A stretch of DNA of 52,414 nucleotides from a virus (IMGVR_UViG_3300044957_000556:1-52414), one strand, 5' to 3'. Shown: positions 19,955-30,145, counted from the stretch's first letter. Notes: generated by a model not told the origin, from the sequence alone. Numbers and translations are program-made.

Positions 19955-22324
19955 ATGCAGTTCAAAAAAAATGTTTTATCAGTTTCCATAGCGGCCATAG
20001 CCTTTAACCTGTCAGGTTGTGGCGGTGGGGGCGGTGGTAGCGGGTCATCTGCTACCCTAGGCGGCTTTGTTCGAAGTGAAGTTCCTTTCCATACCCCAGT
20101 ACGCATTGCTAGCGCAGTTGATCCATTGGTCAAAACCGACGGGTCAGCACCGGTGTTTGACATATTCAACGCTAACATCACAGGCAGTGGCAATGATGTT
20201 ATTTTGGCAGGACGACAAACACAATATGCCACACCCGAAACATGGAGTAACAGCAGATTGAGTTTGTTGGCGTGGGAAGGTGGCACCTTGGTGGACCGTA
20301 CGGCGCAGTGGTTTCCTGGCGGAATCAATGAAATCTTGGGCACTGAGCCCAGTGTGAAGTTCGCTGACTTGTTTAACACAGGTCGTCAAGACATGCTGGT
20401 AGCCCCTAGCACTGATATGCAACATTATGGACCAGGCTATGTGTTTTCTAATCAAGGTACACATTTTAATCGTATATCGATACCGCTGAACAATGTATGG
20501 GCACATGACAGCGCCATAGCCGACATGGACAACGACGGTTACAAAGATCTATTGTTTGTTGACTATGGACCCAACACTACCTTGGCCATCAACAACAGAG
20601 TCAACAACTTTACTACCTATACCGATCCTAGAGGCCATGCAGGAGATTTGCGTTGGGGTGGATCCAGTGTAGTAGCTGATGATTTTTTGGGCAATGGACA
20701 AAAACAAATCATTGTCACAGACAACTCTTGTAATGTTACCAATCCGGCCTGTAGTATCGCTCGCACCACCAAGATGTATACCTATACTATCACAGGAGGT
20801 CAGCTGAACTATCATTATACAGGCGATTTGCCTGCACCACTGCTAGACCATAATGTACGTGTGGTATCGCATGATTTCAACTCAGACGGTAGACCCGACG
20901 TCATTGTGTTTAGTAGGCCAAGCAACTATACTATCAAACAAAGCGCCATACAGTTTTTGAGCAATCAAGGCGGTGGTTCATTCACTGATGTTACCTCAAC
21001 TACCTTGGTCGGCTATGATACCAACACCTACTCTACTTACAATCCTCGATTCCTGGATGTCAACGGTGACGGACGCACTGACATCTTGGTCAGCGCATGG
21101 GATTTCTCCGGCAATCACAGTAGCACACAGGTCTTATTAAAAAGCTCCGATGGAAAGTTTGTGGCGGCCCACCAAAAGATTTTCACAGACTTCTTGAAAC
21201 AAGCCGCATCAATGACCAACAGTCTCGGTGCTGGGGCCAACGAAGCCAACAGCACAGTGAACATTTTCCAGGCGCCCGATGGCAAACTATATCTGGTAAC
21301 AATGATTATGTACGAAACCAACAATGATAAGAAGATGGCTGTTTACATGAGTCAGATGGGCACACAGACCACAATGACAGCACAGGCCGCTGTGGACTTG
21401 ATCCGACAGAAATGGCCTTACATGAGTGTGCCCCAAGCCAATCGAGTGTTGGCACAAACCGCGTCTACTTATTGGAATGGTAGCGTGATAGATCTTGATG
21501 CCGCACTAAGACCAGTGGGAGCACTCAGCATTGGAGCAAAGATTTTATCGGGACATATCAGTGGGGTTGACATAGGGTCCGGACAAATGATGGCCATGGA
21601 TGCGCTACAAAGACCATTTATGGTCAATGCAAAACCAATGAATGTGTCTATGTTGAATGCTTTCCAACGCAACAACTTTGGCGGAGTAGATCACGATATG
21701 ACCTCGCCCACAGAATATTTGACCGGAGCCAGAGGTTATTTGGTTAATGGCATGCGTATCGCCAGTGATCAACAGTCAGGAGAGTACAGCATTGGTATAC
21801 CTGCGGTATGGCGCCGAAACTCATGGAGTTTCGGCACACAATACACCAGCTTAAACTTCAATCCATGGGTGTCATTCAGCGGAGTATGGGGCAACGTTCG
21901 TACCAGTTCTGTGTTTGACAATGTGTTATCTTATCAAAATAGCGGATTTGTAGCTCGAGCCAGTGTGATGTACGTGACCACTGATATTAATCCCGGACTA
22001 ATTACTCGTGTGAGCCCTATCCTAGGCACTTGGGCAGAGACCGGCTACCGCTGGGGTGACCGACGCAATGACATAGGGCTTTATTTTGGTCAGGTACCGC
22101 GTGTGCTAAGTGGTCGGATTGAGGCCAATGTGCCCACTTCGTTTGACAACGCAGGTCAGTTAGTTTACACTAAACAGAACCTTGATATCATGCAAACAGC
22201 AACGTATTATGTGCGTGGCGTATACAGCAAACGTATCGATAAGAATACCCAGTTTAGATTCAATGCCGCTGTGAGTTCGGTGGGGCAACATAGAATCATG
22301 AACGAAATACTTTGGAGTTTTTAA
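19955..22324 (+). CDS. FG-GAP/VCBS-repeat lipoprotein with possible C-terminal beta-barrel
   Basis: Signal peptide and lipobox LSGC, Gly linker, repeats DMDNDGYKDL, DFNSDGRPDV, DVNGDGRTDI; ends in WSF. Confidence 0.75.
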   Translation: MQFKKNVLSVSIAAIAFNLSGCGGGGGGSGSSATLGGFVRSEVPFHTPVRIASAVDPLVKTDGSAPVFDIFNANITGSGNDVILAGRQTQYATPETWSNSRLSLLAWEGGTLVDRTAQWFPGGINEILGTEPSVKFADLFNTGRQDMLVAPSTDMQHYGPGYVFSNQGTHFNRISIPLNNVWAHDSAIADMDNDGYKDLLFVDYGPNTTLAINNRVNNFTTYTDPRGHAGDLRWGGSSVVADDFLGNGQKQIIVTDNSCNVTNPACSIARTTKMYTYTITGGQLNYHYTGDLPAPLLDHNVRVVSHDFNSDGRPDVIVFSRPSNYTIKQSAIQFLSNQGGGSFTDVTSTTLVGYDTNTYSTYNPRFLDVNGDGRTDILVSAWDFSGNHSSTQVLLKSSDGKFVAAHQKIFTDFLKQAASMTNSLGAGANEANSTVNIFQAPDGKLYLVTMIMYETNNDKKMAVYMSQMGTQTTMTAQAAVDLIRQKWPYMSVPQANRVLAQTASTYWNGSVIDLDAALRPVGALSIGAKILSGHISGVDIGSGQMMAMDALQRPFMVNAKPMNVSMLNAFQRNNFGGVDHDMTSPTEYLTGARGYLVNGMRIASDQQSGEYSIGIPAVWRRNSWSFGTQYTSLNFNPWVSFSGVWGNVRTSSVFDNVLSYQNSGFVARASVMYVTTDINPGLITRVSPILGTWAETGYRWGDRRNDIGLYFGQVPRVLSGRIEANVPTSFDNAGQLVYTKQNLDIMQTATYYVRGVYSKRIDKNTQFRFNAAVSSVGQHRIMNEILWSF

Positions 22325-22720
22325 ATGGCAACCACACTAAAACAAGCACAACAAGCAGGAATCGCACCTTGGGATGATGTTTATTTTGAAGACAAGACTT
22401 TGTGGATTTTCAGAGACCAATATCCCGTAAGTCCCGGGCACTTATTGTTCGTTCCCAAAGTTGACAATGCCGACGGTATCATGGATTGTTTTCGTACCGC
22501 ACACAGATATGGTGAATGGGTAGTGCTCAAAGGTGATGCTGACGGTTACAACATTGGTTTAAATATAGGATCGGCAGCTGGTCAAACAGTAATGTATCCA
22601 CACATACACATGATTCCTAGAAGCACTGGAGATTGTGCCGACCCTGTGGGCGGTGTGCGTGGAGTAATCGCCGGTCAGGCCAACTACAAAACTACAGGTT
22701 ATAAAAACCCTACTAAATAA
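22325..22720 (+). CDS. HIT family nucleotide hydrolase
   Basis: PVSPGHLL, AAGQTV, HIHMIPR. Confidence 0.88.
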   Translation: MATTLKQAQQAGIAPWDDVYFEDKTLWIFRDQYPVSPGHLLFVPKVDNADGIMDCFRTAHRYGEWVVLKGDADGYNIGLNIGSAAGQTVMYPHIHMIPRSTGDCADPVGGVRGVIAGQANYKTTGYKNPTK

Positions 22721-22728
22721 TGATCTCG

Positions 22729-22797
22729 ATAGCGGCCTTCCGGCATTCATCCCGCTATACAAATTCTGCAGGCCTATGCTAAACTTTACATAGGAGA
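22729..22797 (+). promoter_or_regulatory. Structured 5' leader of queD (riboswitch/operator candidate)
   Basis: ATAGCGG/CCGCTAT stem; CCTATG/CATAGG stem covers the SD; late promoter TAAATA at 22714-22719. Confidence 0.45.
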
Positions 22798-22803
22798 ATA
22801 GTA

Positions 22804-23361
22804 ATGGCAAAATTTTACTCTACAAAAACATATGGCAACGACCGAGGGCTGAGCTGTTGTTTTAGACAATGGCGTGCCACACACAGTCATTGTTCGACCT
22901 TACACGGTTATTCCATTGGCATCAAACTTGTATTTGAATGTGACACACTAGATGACAAGAACTGGTGCATGGACTTTGGCGGTCTCAAGGAGTTCAAGGC
23001 CTGGGCTGACCACATGTTTGATCACACCCTGGTTATTGCTGAAGATGATCCAATGCTAGATCGTTTTAAACTGATGAGTGGTTGGAGTTCAAATCCAGTG
23101 TACGACGGCAGACCAGAACGTGTACAAATAGAACCATATCGTCGACAAGGCATCTGCGATCTACGTATTGTACCTGCTGTGGGCTGTGAGATGTTTGCCA
23201 AGATGTGCTACGACAAAATGACTGAACTATTAGCCGGTGGCAATATGCGTTATCCTATCAATCCCAGTGTGCGTGTAAGAAGTGTTGAAGTTTTTGAACA
23301 CGGTGCTAACTCCGCAACTTACGAAGGGGATTTTCCTGTCATGAGAAAAATAAATGGATAA
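22804..23361 (+). CDS. queD: 6-carboxy-5,6,7,8-tetrahydropterin synthase
   Basis: HCSTLHGYS, DFGGLK, FDHTL, GCEMFA, VEVFEH. Confidence 0.85.
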   Translation: MAKFYSTKTYGNDRGLSCCFRQWRATHSHCSTLHGYSIGIKLVFECDTLDDKNWCMDFGGLKEFKAWADHMFDHTLVIAEDDPMLDRFKLMSGWSSNPVYDGRPERVQIEPYRRQGICDLRIVPAVGCEMFAKMCYDKMTELLAGGNMRYPINPSVRVRSVEVFEHGANSATYEGDFPVMRKING

Positions 23362-24211
23362 AACACCACATGTTGGTCTAAACAAGATCTGGAGCCAACC
23401 GCCCAGTCATGGCCTATCAGTGCTGTTACCCACTAGAGGCCGCACTGACATGCTGAAGCGTAGTTTGTTGAGCCTGTTTGATCAGGCCAACGACCCCACT
23501 GACATTGAGTTGATGCTGGCTTTTGACAACGATGACAAACAATCGTTGAAATGGTGTCAACAAAATGTGTTTCCTGAGTTGGAACAACGTGGAGTTGATG
23601 CTATTGTAGTAGAGTTTACCCCTCTAGGCTATCTCAGACTGCATGAGTATCTCAATACATTGGCTGGGATGGCCAACGGTAACTGGTTGATGTTCTGGAA
23701 CGATGATGCTGTAATGCAGACTAAGGACTGGGATCTACGCATCAGAGAGTACGATGGCAGATTTCTGTGTTTGCGTATGCCTACACACAATCAACATCCC
23801 TATGCTATCTTTCCCATCGTACCCAGAGACTGGTTTTACTTGTTGGGGCACCTCAGCAATCATCAGCTCACAGATGCTACTATCAGTCAGATATCATATA
23901 TCTTGGGCATCATGCAGAACATTGACGTAGAAGTCTTACACGATCGTTTTGATATCACCGGCAACAATCACGATGCAACTTTTAAAGACCGTCCCATGTT
24001 GGAAGGCAATCACAATCATCCGGCTGACTTTAATCATTTCACATTCCGTAACAAAAGATTGATAGATGCCAACAAACTTGCCTGGCATCTTGATCGCATT
24101 GGTCAGCCCAGTGAATGGTTCCGTCAAGTGGTATTGGAAAACAAAGACCCGTGGGCACATATGCTCAGTAAAGAGCAAGATCCCAATAGACAGGTAAGGA
24201 TACATGAATAA
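23354..24211 (+). CDS. GT-A (family 2-like) glycosyltransferase
   Basis: SVLLPTRGR, FDNDD, WNDD. Confidence 0.75.
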   Translation: MDKTPHVGLNKIWSQPPSHGLSVLLPTRGRTDMLKRSLLSLFDQANDPTDIELMLAFDNDDKQSLKWCQQNVFPELEQRGVDAIVVEFTPLGYLRLHEYLNTLAGMANGNWLMFWNDDAVMQTKDWDLRIREYDGRFLCLRMPTHNQHPYAIFPIVPRDWFYLLGHLSNHQLTDATISQISYILGIMQNIDVEVLHDRFDITGNNHDATFKDRPMLEGNHNHPADFNHFTFRNKRLIDANKLAWHLDRIGQPSEWFRQVVLENKDPWAHMLSKEQDPNRQVRIHE

Positions 24212-24995
24212 CGCTGATCAACATCTACTTGATAAAATCAAAGCCTATTGGAACAGGCAGCCATGCAACATACTCCACGGTCGCAGTGAACTAGGAACCC
24301 CGGAGTTCTATCAAGAAGTTTCTAAACGTCGCTACAGAGTAGAACCACATATCCGCGAGTTTGCTGGCTTCCATCTCTGGGCAGGCAAGCGTGTGTTAGA
24401 GATTGGGTCAGGTATCGGCAGTGATGCCGAAGAGTTTGCCAAACGTGGTGCTGAATATGTAGGTGTAGATTATAGTGATCAAAGTGTTGAAATTGCACGT
24501 CAAAGATTTAACGTTTTCAAACTTGAAGGAGAGTTTCATAACATTGATGCCAGTGACATTGAAGCTCTCCGTGCGTTAGGACAGTTTGATCTCGTTTACA
24601 GTTACGGAGTGATACATCACTTTCCTGCCATTGACACCATCATCCGCAACGTGCATCAGGTGCTTAAACCTGATGGCGAGTTTCGCTTCATGGTCTATAC
24701 TAAAAACTCTTGGAAGTATGCCATGATTCAAAAGGGGCTGGATCAGTTTGAAGCACAAAGTGGATGCCCGTATGCGCAGGCATACACAAGAGAAGACATC
24801 TACCGCATGCTGAATGGTCAGTTCCACATTGAACGCCTGCGTCAGGATCATTGTTTCATGTACAACGTACCTGCCTACAAATCCGGACACTATGAACTAG
24901 AGCCGTGGTTTGAAAGTATGCCAGAGGATGTGCGTCAAGCTGTGCGTGAGTACCTAGGATGGCATTTATTGGTAAAGTCTAGAAAGATACAATGA
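24204..24995 (+). CDS. Class I SAM-dependent methyltransferase
   Basis: VLEIGSGIG, FDLVYSYGVIHH, LKPDG. Confidence 0.85.
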   Translation: MNNADQHLLDKIKAYWNRQPCNILHGRSELGTPEFYQEVSKRRYRVEPHIREFAGFHLWAGKRVLEIGSGIGSDAEEFAKRGAEYVGVDYSDQSVEIARQRFNVFKLEGEFHNIDASDIEALRALGQFDLVYSYGVIHHFPAIDTIIRNVHQVLKPDGEFRFMVYTKNSWKYAMIQKGLDQFEAQSGCPYAQAYTREDIYRMLNGQFHIERLRQDHCFMYNVPAYKSGHYELEPWFESMPEDVRQAVREYLGWHLLVKSRKIQ

Positions 24996-25735
24996 GAAAT
25001 CTACAACGCTATCTACAAGATGTAGCCAACGCTCGGCGTCATGAACTATTGCCCTATGTATTCTATATGACCGGAGCCAAGGTACAATCGGGCCCATTCG
25101 CTGGCACGATGTTGATTCCAAGATACATGTGGGGCGATGGAGATACTGCGGCCAAGCTCATGGGTGTTTATGAGGATGAGCTACATGATTTTGTTGAACA
25201 GGCGATTGCACAAGATCCCGACCTGGTGATCAATGTTGGCAGTGCTGAAGGATATTACAGTGTTGGATTTGCACGTAGGTTACCTAATACCAAAGTCATA
25301 GCAGTAGATGTTGATCTCCGGGCCGCGGGCATTGTAAAAGACACAGGTGCAGCCAACCAACTGTTGAATCTTGAAGCTATCACTCAACTGGTAGATCATG
25401 CATGGCTAGAACAGTATTGCCAGACGTCTGGTAACCCGCTGTTGATATTTGATTGTGAAGGTGCCGAACTAGAGCTATTGGATCCTACCAAGGTTAACGC
25501 ACTATCAAAATGTTCTGTTATAGTAGAATGTCACGACTGCATGAATCCCGTGATTACTGATACATTGGTTTATAGATTTCAATCAACACATGACATACAA
25601 CAAGTATCACAAACCTATAAAGATTCTTATCAATTTGATTTTTTACATCAACTCAGTGACTGTGACAAGTGGGCCTTGGTACATGAAGGACGTCCCAGTG
25701 CTATGAGTTGGTTATACATGATACCCAAACAATGA
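24992..25735 (+). CDS. FkbM-like methyltransferase
   Basis: NVGSAEGYY, FDCEGAE, VECH. Confidence 0.7.
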   Translation: MRNLQRYLQDVANARRHELLPYVFYMTGAKVQSGPFAGTMLIPRYMWGDGDTAAKLMGVYEDELHDFVEQAIAQDPDLVINVGSAEGYYSVGFARRLPNTKVIAVDVDLRAAGIVKDTGAANQLLNLEAITQLVDHAWLEQYCQTSGNPLLIFDCEGAELELLDPTKVNALSKCSVIVECHDCMNPVITDTLVYRFQSTHDIQQVSQTYKDSYQFDFLHQLSDCDKWALVHEGRPSAMSWLYMIPKQ

Positions 25736-26457
25736 AAAACTATCTAGTCAAAAGTCTGTTCCAAGTAAAGGATTCAAACTGGCACTTCCGAGATCGCAGT
25801 GATGAAACTGACCTGCATAAAAAATATATCGAAATGCACCAACTCAGTGTAGGTAGTTTCGGCCAGCATCTCAAAGGTGAGTGGGAGTTGAAGTTTATAC
25901 AAGGCACTGTAGACAATATTAATGATGCGTTCAAGCAAACGTTCCGGGCTATCTATGCTTTATGGCGCCAAGGCAATGTCAATATCTTCTACACTGACCC
26001 TGACACTATTGCCATCAAGAACATGAATCCATGGCAAATATCCAATCAGTTTCTGATGTTTAACTTCACCGATCCCAAGAGTTTGGAAACTGAAAATACC
26101 TATGGTCGAAAGTTTCCGCATTTTTTCAATGCCGGCGTAAGATACTTCCCAGCAGGCATGGATCAAAGAATTTGGGACATAGGACTTGGCATGCTAGACC
26201 AGTGGGAAGAAGGCACTTACAACACAGAACAAATCATACTCAATGCCATGCTATGGGATCAAGGAGTTACACTGGATCAAGTGCTACGACCCGAGTGGGC
26301 GTATCAAGCACAGTGGTTGCCAAATCAAGCACCGCTATGGTCGCAAGACATTTGGAATGGTATTGATATCAATCGAGCCATGATCCTACATCTTCATAGC
26401 AGTAGGAACATAGACGAAAAACTAGCGTTTATGAAGCAACTTTCTGGGCAAACATGA
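25732..26457 (+). CDS. Putative nucleotide-diphospho-sugar transferase (GT-A-like)
   Basis: YTDPD (DxD), FNAGV, EQIILN, HLH. Confidence 0.6.
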   Translation: MKNYLVKSLFQVKDSNWHFRDRSDETDLHKKYIEMHQLSVGSFGQHLKGEWELKFIQGTVDNINDAFKQTFRAIYALWRQGNVNIFYTDPDTIAIKNMNPWQISNQFLMFNFTDPKSLETENTYGRKFPHFFNAGVRYFPAGMDQRIWDIGLGMLDQWEEGTYNTEQIILNAMLWDQGVTLDQVLRPEWAYQAQWLPNQAPLWSQDIWNGIDINRAMILHLHSSRNIDEKLAFMKQLSGQT

Positions 26458-26642
26458 AAGACATATTCACTTACATAGTCAATCGAGGTGAATTGCGTTC
26501 GGGCAACACTGTGTGTGGCAATGGTAGCACAATGTACTACACTGACTATCTTAGAAAAAGGCTAGTCGGATTTTTAACTGCGTATTTGATCAAAAGAGAA
26601 ATCACTAATGGAAAAAATAACATATACAGAAATATTCTATAG
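26454..26642 (+). pseudogene. Probable truncated gene (methyltransferase-like N-terminus)
   Basis: CGNGST...T..LR..L motif, then runs into queE; 62 aa only. Confidence 0.3.
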
Positions 26643-27489
26643 TTTACAAGGCGAAGGCAAGTGGGCAGGTGTGTCGTCAGTGTTCTTCCGTACATATGGA
26701 TGTAACTTCCGTTGTAGAAAGTTTGGTTGGCCGCGAGACAAAGTAATCGAAGGACACAATCCTGAAGTCATTGAAATCATCAAGAACATTGACCGGTACA
26801 ACAAGTTTGAAGACTTGCCCTTGGCCAAAACAGGATGTGACAGCTATGCCAGTATCTATCCTGAATTCAAACGTTTCAACGAACAAGACTCAGTGAAAAC
26901 AATCGTAGACAAAATGCACGATTTGATCCCCAACAATCGCTGGGATCAAGACATTGGTGATGATGTACATCTCGTGATTACTGGTGGTGAACCACTGCTG
27001 GGATACCAACAACTGTATCCAGATCTGTTAGAATACTGCCGTCAACGCGGCCTACGCAATCTCACATTTGAAACCAACGGTAGCCAGCTTTTGCACCCAG
27101 AAGTTTATAAATACTTGTTTGAAGAGTTTACAAGGCACGGTCGAGATTATGAAAAACTGACATTCAGTGTTAGTCCCAAGCTGCCTTGCTCGGGCGAAGC
27201 GTGGGAGTCAGCAATCAATCCCAAGATTGTAAAATCATATGAGATGGTAGGTTATACCTATCTCAAGTTTGTGGTGGCCACTGAACAAGATGTCAAAGAT
27301 GCTGAACGTGCAGTGGAAGAATATCGTGAAGCGGGCTTTGGTGGCCCTGTATATCTCATGCCACAGGGTGGTATTCCAGATGTGTATAATCTTAATACAC
27401 AACAGGTAGCTAGTTTGGCCATGAAACGTGGCTGGAGATATAGCCCAAGACTGCAAGTGGATATCTGGCGCAACGCCTGGGGCACTTAA
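26608..27489 (+). CDS. queE: 7-carboxy-7-deazaguanine synthase (radical SAM)
   Basis: EIFYSLQGEG, FRTYGCNFRC...CDS, ITGGEP, ETNG, SVSPK, RLQV. Confidence 0.92.
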   Translation: MEKITYTEIFYSLQGEGKWAGVSSVFFRTYGCNFRCRKFGWPRDKVIEGHNPEVIEIIKNIDRYNKFEDLPLAKTGCDSYASIYPEFKRFNEQDSVKTIVDKMHDLIPNNRWDQDIGDDVHLVITGGEPLLGYQQLYPDLLEYCRQRGLRNLTFETNGSQLLHPEVYKYLFEEFTRHGRDYEKLTFSVSPKLPCSGEAWESAINPKIVKSYEMVGYTYLKFVVATEQDVKDAERAVEEYREAGFGGPVYLMPQGGIPDVYNLNTQQVASLAMKRGWRYSPRLQVDIWRNAWGT

Positions 27490-27740
27490 TGAGCTTGAGT
27501 CCTATGAGCGACGAAGTACAATGCTCACCCCCAGAAGAAGACTGCGGATTAAATAAGGTCAAACACTGGCGACTAAAACTGTGTTGGCTACGCCAGACTT
27601 GTTTCTTAACAGATAAACAACTGTGGGGGCGTCAAGCCTATTATGGTGTGCGCATAATCACAGGTCTAGGTACCCCAGTGTATGATCATTATTGGATTGA
27701 ACGCAATGAATTTTTAGTGTGGCAACTGAAACGTGGATAA
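27489..27740 (+). CDS. Hypothetical protein
   Basis: TAATG-coupled ORF. Confidence 0.5.
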   Translation: MSLSPMSDEVQCSPPEEDCGLNKVKHWRLKLCWLRQTCFLTDKQLWGRQAYYGVRIITGLGTPVYDHYWIERNEFLVWQLKRG

Positions 27741-28215
27741 TAACGGCGCCAAAGGTCGAAATAGTTTTGATGTGACCACAGGTAACGTGGTCGTTGAATT
27801 TTTCAATCGTAACATCACTTCCTACCCTACCGAAGCAGGTGGTCCCAAGTTTGAACTCATTGCCGTAGAAAAGCAAAAAGACATCATGGTCAATGTGGCC
27901 AGGATGCATGCTCAACAAGAATATGATCGTATACTTGAGCTAGTAGAAGTTTTACAACGCCAGGCAGCTGGAATCAAGCGTCGACTGGATATCACAGATA
28001 TGGTACACAGTGCGCATTATCAGTTTCAAACCTATCACGGACAGATTTACTGGTTGGTACAAGACACACAAAAAAATCGTGTGATACTTGTAAATCTAGG
28101 TCCGTCTGACTGGAGCACTGGTGCACCTGATTATTATCAGTACATCGCTAGAGTCAAGTGGATGGGCGATTATACCTGGTGTGAAATAGACGACCAAGGA
28201 AACATAGTAGAGTGA
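27733..28215 (+). CDS. Hypothetical protein (DUF2452-like)
   Basis: YPTEAGGPKF, A.Y.F...G.IYWL, D.TW. Confidence 0.55.
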   Translation: MDNNGAKGRNSFDVTTGNVVVEFFNRNITSYPTEAGGPKFELIAVEKQKDIMVNVARMHAQQEYDRILELVEVLQRQAAGIKRRLDITDMVHSAHYQFQTYHGQIYWLVQDTQKNRVILVNLGPSDWSTGAPDYYQYIARVKWMGDYTWCEIDDQGNIVE

Positions 28216-28577
28216 CCAAAGTTTATATAGAACCACCTGACACACGAGCTAAGATAGTTTATGAAATCACCGAGCCTGACGGTGGATGGCGCAGAGTGTT
28301 TGACGATGAAACCAAACAAAAACTTCGCCCCATAGCTGAAACCTTGGCCATGCTAGATGGAAATGCATTCTTTGGTATTGACCCAGATCATTATGAGGAC
28401 TATCTTACTGAGGCTGATGCTGTGTATCGTAACAATGGTGGCGATGATGGATGGGCAAGCACAGCTAGCTGGGTGCAGGACTTAAAAATCATACAAGAAG
28501 ATGCCACGCTCAAAGATGCCTACGATAAATTACAAGTGCTATTGGCATTGAAAAGGAAAGAAAATGGGAATATTTAA
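28212..28577 (+). CDS. Hypothetical protein
   Basis: GTGA-coupled ORF. Confidence 0.6.
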   Translation: MTKVYIEPPDTRAKIVYEITEPDGGWRRVFDDETKQKLRPIAETLAMLDGNAFFGIDPDHYEDYLTEADAVYRNNGGDDGWASTASWVQDLKIIQEDATLKDAYDKLQVLLALKRKENGNI

Positions 28578-28980
28578 TCTGTTTCAAAGAAAAGAAAAAG
28601 TTAACGAAACCACGGTTTCTAAAGAAAATGTCACGGAAGATAATAAAAAGTCTGCGGAGCCAGCAAAAAGTAAAAAAAAGTCTGAGAAAGAACTGGCCAC
28701 AGAACGTGGAGAGCCCTACATTGCCATACTCAGCATGGATGTAGATCTCAACGACATCAACTCGGGTGCATTTGAGTTTGATTGGAACGACAAGTTCATT
28801 GCCAACTTGTCACGTGCAGGATATCAAGGCAAGACTGATGCTGACCTAGTAGATCAATGGTTCCAAAATGTCTGCCGCAATGTAGTGTTAGAAACCTACG
28901 AACAATACGAAGCTATAAACAACGACAGTCGTTACATGCAAAGCCGCAATCTAGGCAACGGTAGGAGAGAAATAGGATGA
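28564..28980 (+). CDS. Conserved phage hypothetical protein
   Basis: ATERGEPY, FEFDWNDKF, VDQWF. Confidence 0.65.
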   Translation: MGIFNLFQRKEKVNETTVSKENVTEDNKKSAEPAKSKKKSEKELATERGEPYIAILSMDVDLNDINSGAFEFDWNDKFIANLSRAGYQGKTDADLVDQWFQNVCRNVVLETYEQYEAINNDSRYMQSRNLGNGRREIG

Positions 28981-29438
28981 TTTTTAATCACATCAAAGAA
29001 CTAAAACAACAAGGTAAAAAAGTGGGTATCACCTTTAGTACCTTTGACATGTTGCATGCCGGGCACATTGCCATGCTGAGCGAAGCCAAAAATCACTGCG
29101 ATTATCTTATCGCTGGCTTGCAGACTGATCCTACCATTGATAGACCAGACACAAAAAATCCGCCAGTGCAGAGCATCGTAGAACGACAGATACAGTTGGC
29201 AGCCTGTCGCTATGTGGACGAGGTTGTGGTATATTCTACAGAACAAGACCTACGAGATTTACTGTTGATACTACCGGTAGATGTGCGTGTGCTAGGTGTG
29301 GAGTATGTAGACAAAGAGTTCAGCGGCAAAGCAGAATGTAAAAAACGCAACATCCAAATCATATTCAACGGACGTGATCATTCTTTCAGTTCCAGCACTC
29401 TACGCAAACGTGTAGCAGAATCAGAAAACAAACGATGA
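28977..29438 (+). CDS. Cytidylyltransferase (TagD-like)
   Basis: TFDMLHAGH (HxGH), YVDEVV, SSSTLR. Confidence 0.85.
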   Translation: MIFNHIKELKQQGKKVGITFSTFDMLHAGHIAMLSEAKNHCDYLIAGLQTDPTIDRPDTKNPPVQSIVERQIQLAACRYVDEVVVYSTEQDLRDLLLILPVDVRVLGVEYVDKEFSGKAECKKRNIQIIFNGRDHSFSSSTLRKRVAESENKR

Positions 29439-30145
29439 TACTTTATATCAACGGTGACAGTCATACCGCGGCTGCCGAAGCGGTAAATTCTCATGCCTTT
29501 GCCGAAGACGATGGCAGACTAGCACATCTAGGACGATTACCACACCCAGCCAATCTTGAAGTCAGCTGGGGTCGGCAGTTGGCTGATATCCTAAAAACTA
29601 TTTTTGTGTGTGATGCAGAATCGGCCGCCAGTAACGATCGTATCCTGCGTACCACGAGATCCTGGATAGAATCCAGACCACAGAATTGGTACCGTATGTT
29701 AGTGATCATACAATGGTCGACCTGGGAACGGGAAGAATGGTTACACAATGGTATCTTTTATCAAGTAGGAAGCAGTGGACTTGATCATGTGCCCGCTGAT
29801 CTACAAGAACGCTATCGTCAATATGTGATTAATGCAGATTGGAAACACAAGACTGAACAAGCACACGATCAGATCTGGCAGTTACATCAAGAGCTTGAAG
29901 AGAAAAAGATTCGACACATATTTTTCAACGGCAATAACCATTTTGGAGAGATTGGCAAAACGCACAGACACGATTGGAATGGTAGCTATTTGGGACCATA
30001 CGACTCCGAACAAACCTTTGATAGCATAGTTAGAGCCAATGGACATGACACAGTTACACCCAAATCTTGGCATTTTGGTAAAGATGCCCATAGATTTTGG
30101 GCACGTTTTATGTTACAATACTGTATCGCCAACAAACTCTGGTAA
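29435..30145 (+). CDS. SGNH-like hypothetical protein
   Basis: YINGDSH, SWG, ASNDRI, C-terminal H..AH. Confidence 0.55.
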   Translation: MILYINGDSHTAAAEAVNSHAFAEDDGRLAHLGRLPHPANLEVSWGRQLADILKTIFVCDAESAASNDRILRTTRSWIESRPQNWYRMLVIIQWSTWEREEWLHNGIFYQVGSSGLDHVPADLQERYRQYVINADWKHKTEQAHDQIWQLHQELEEKKIRHIFFNGNNHFGEIGKTHRHDWNGSYLGPYDSEQTFDSIVRANGHDTVTPKSWHFGKDAHRFWARFMLQYCIANKLW

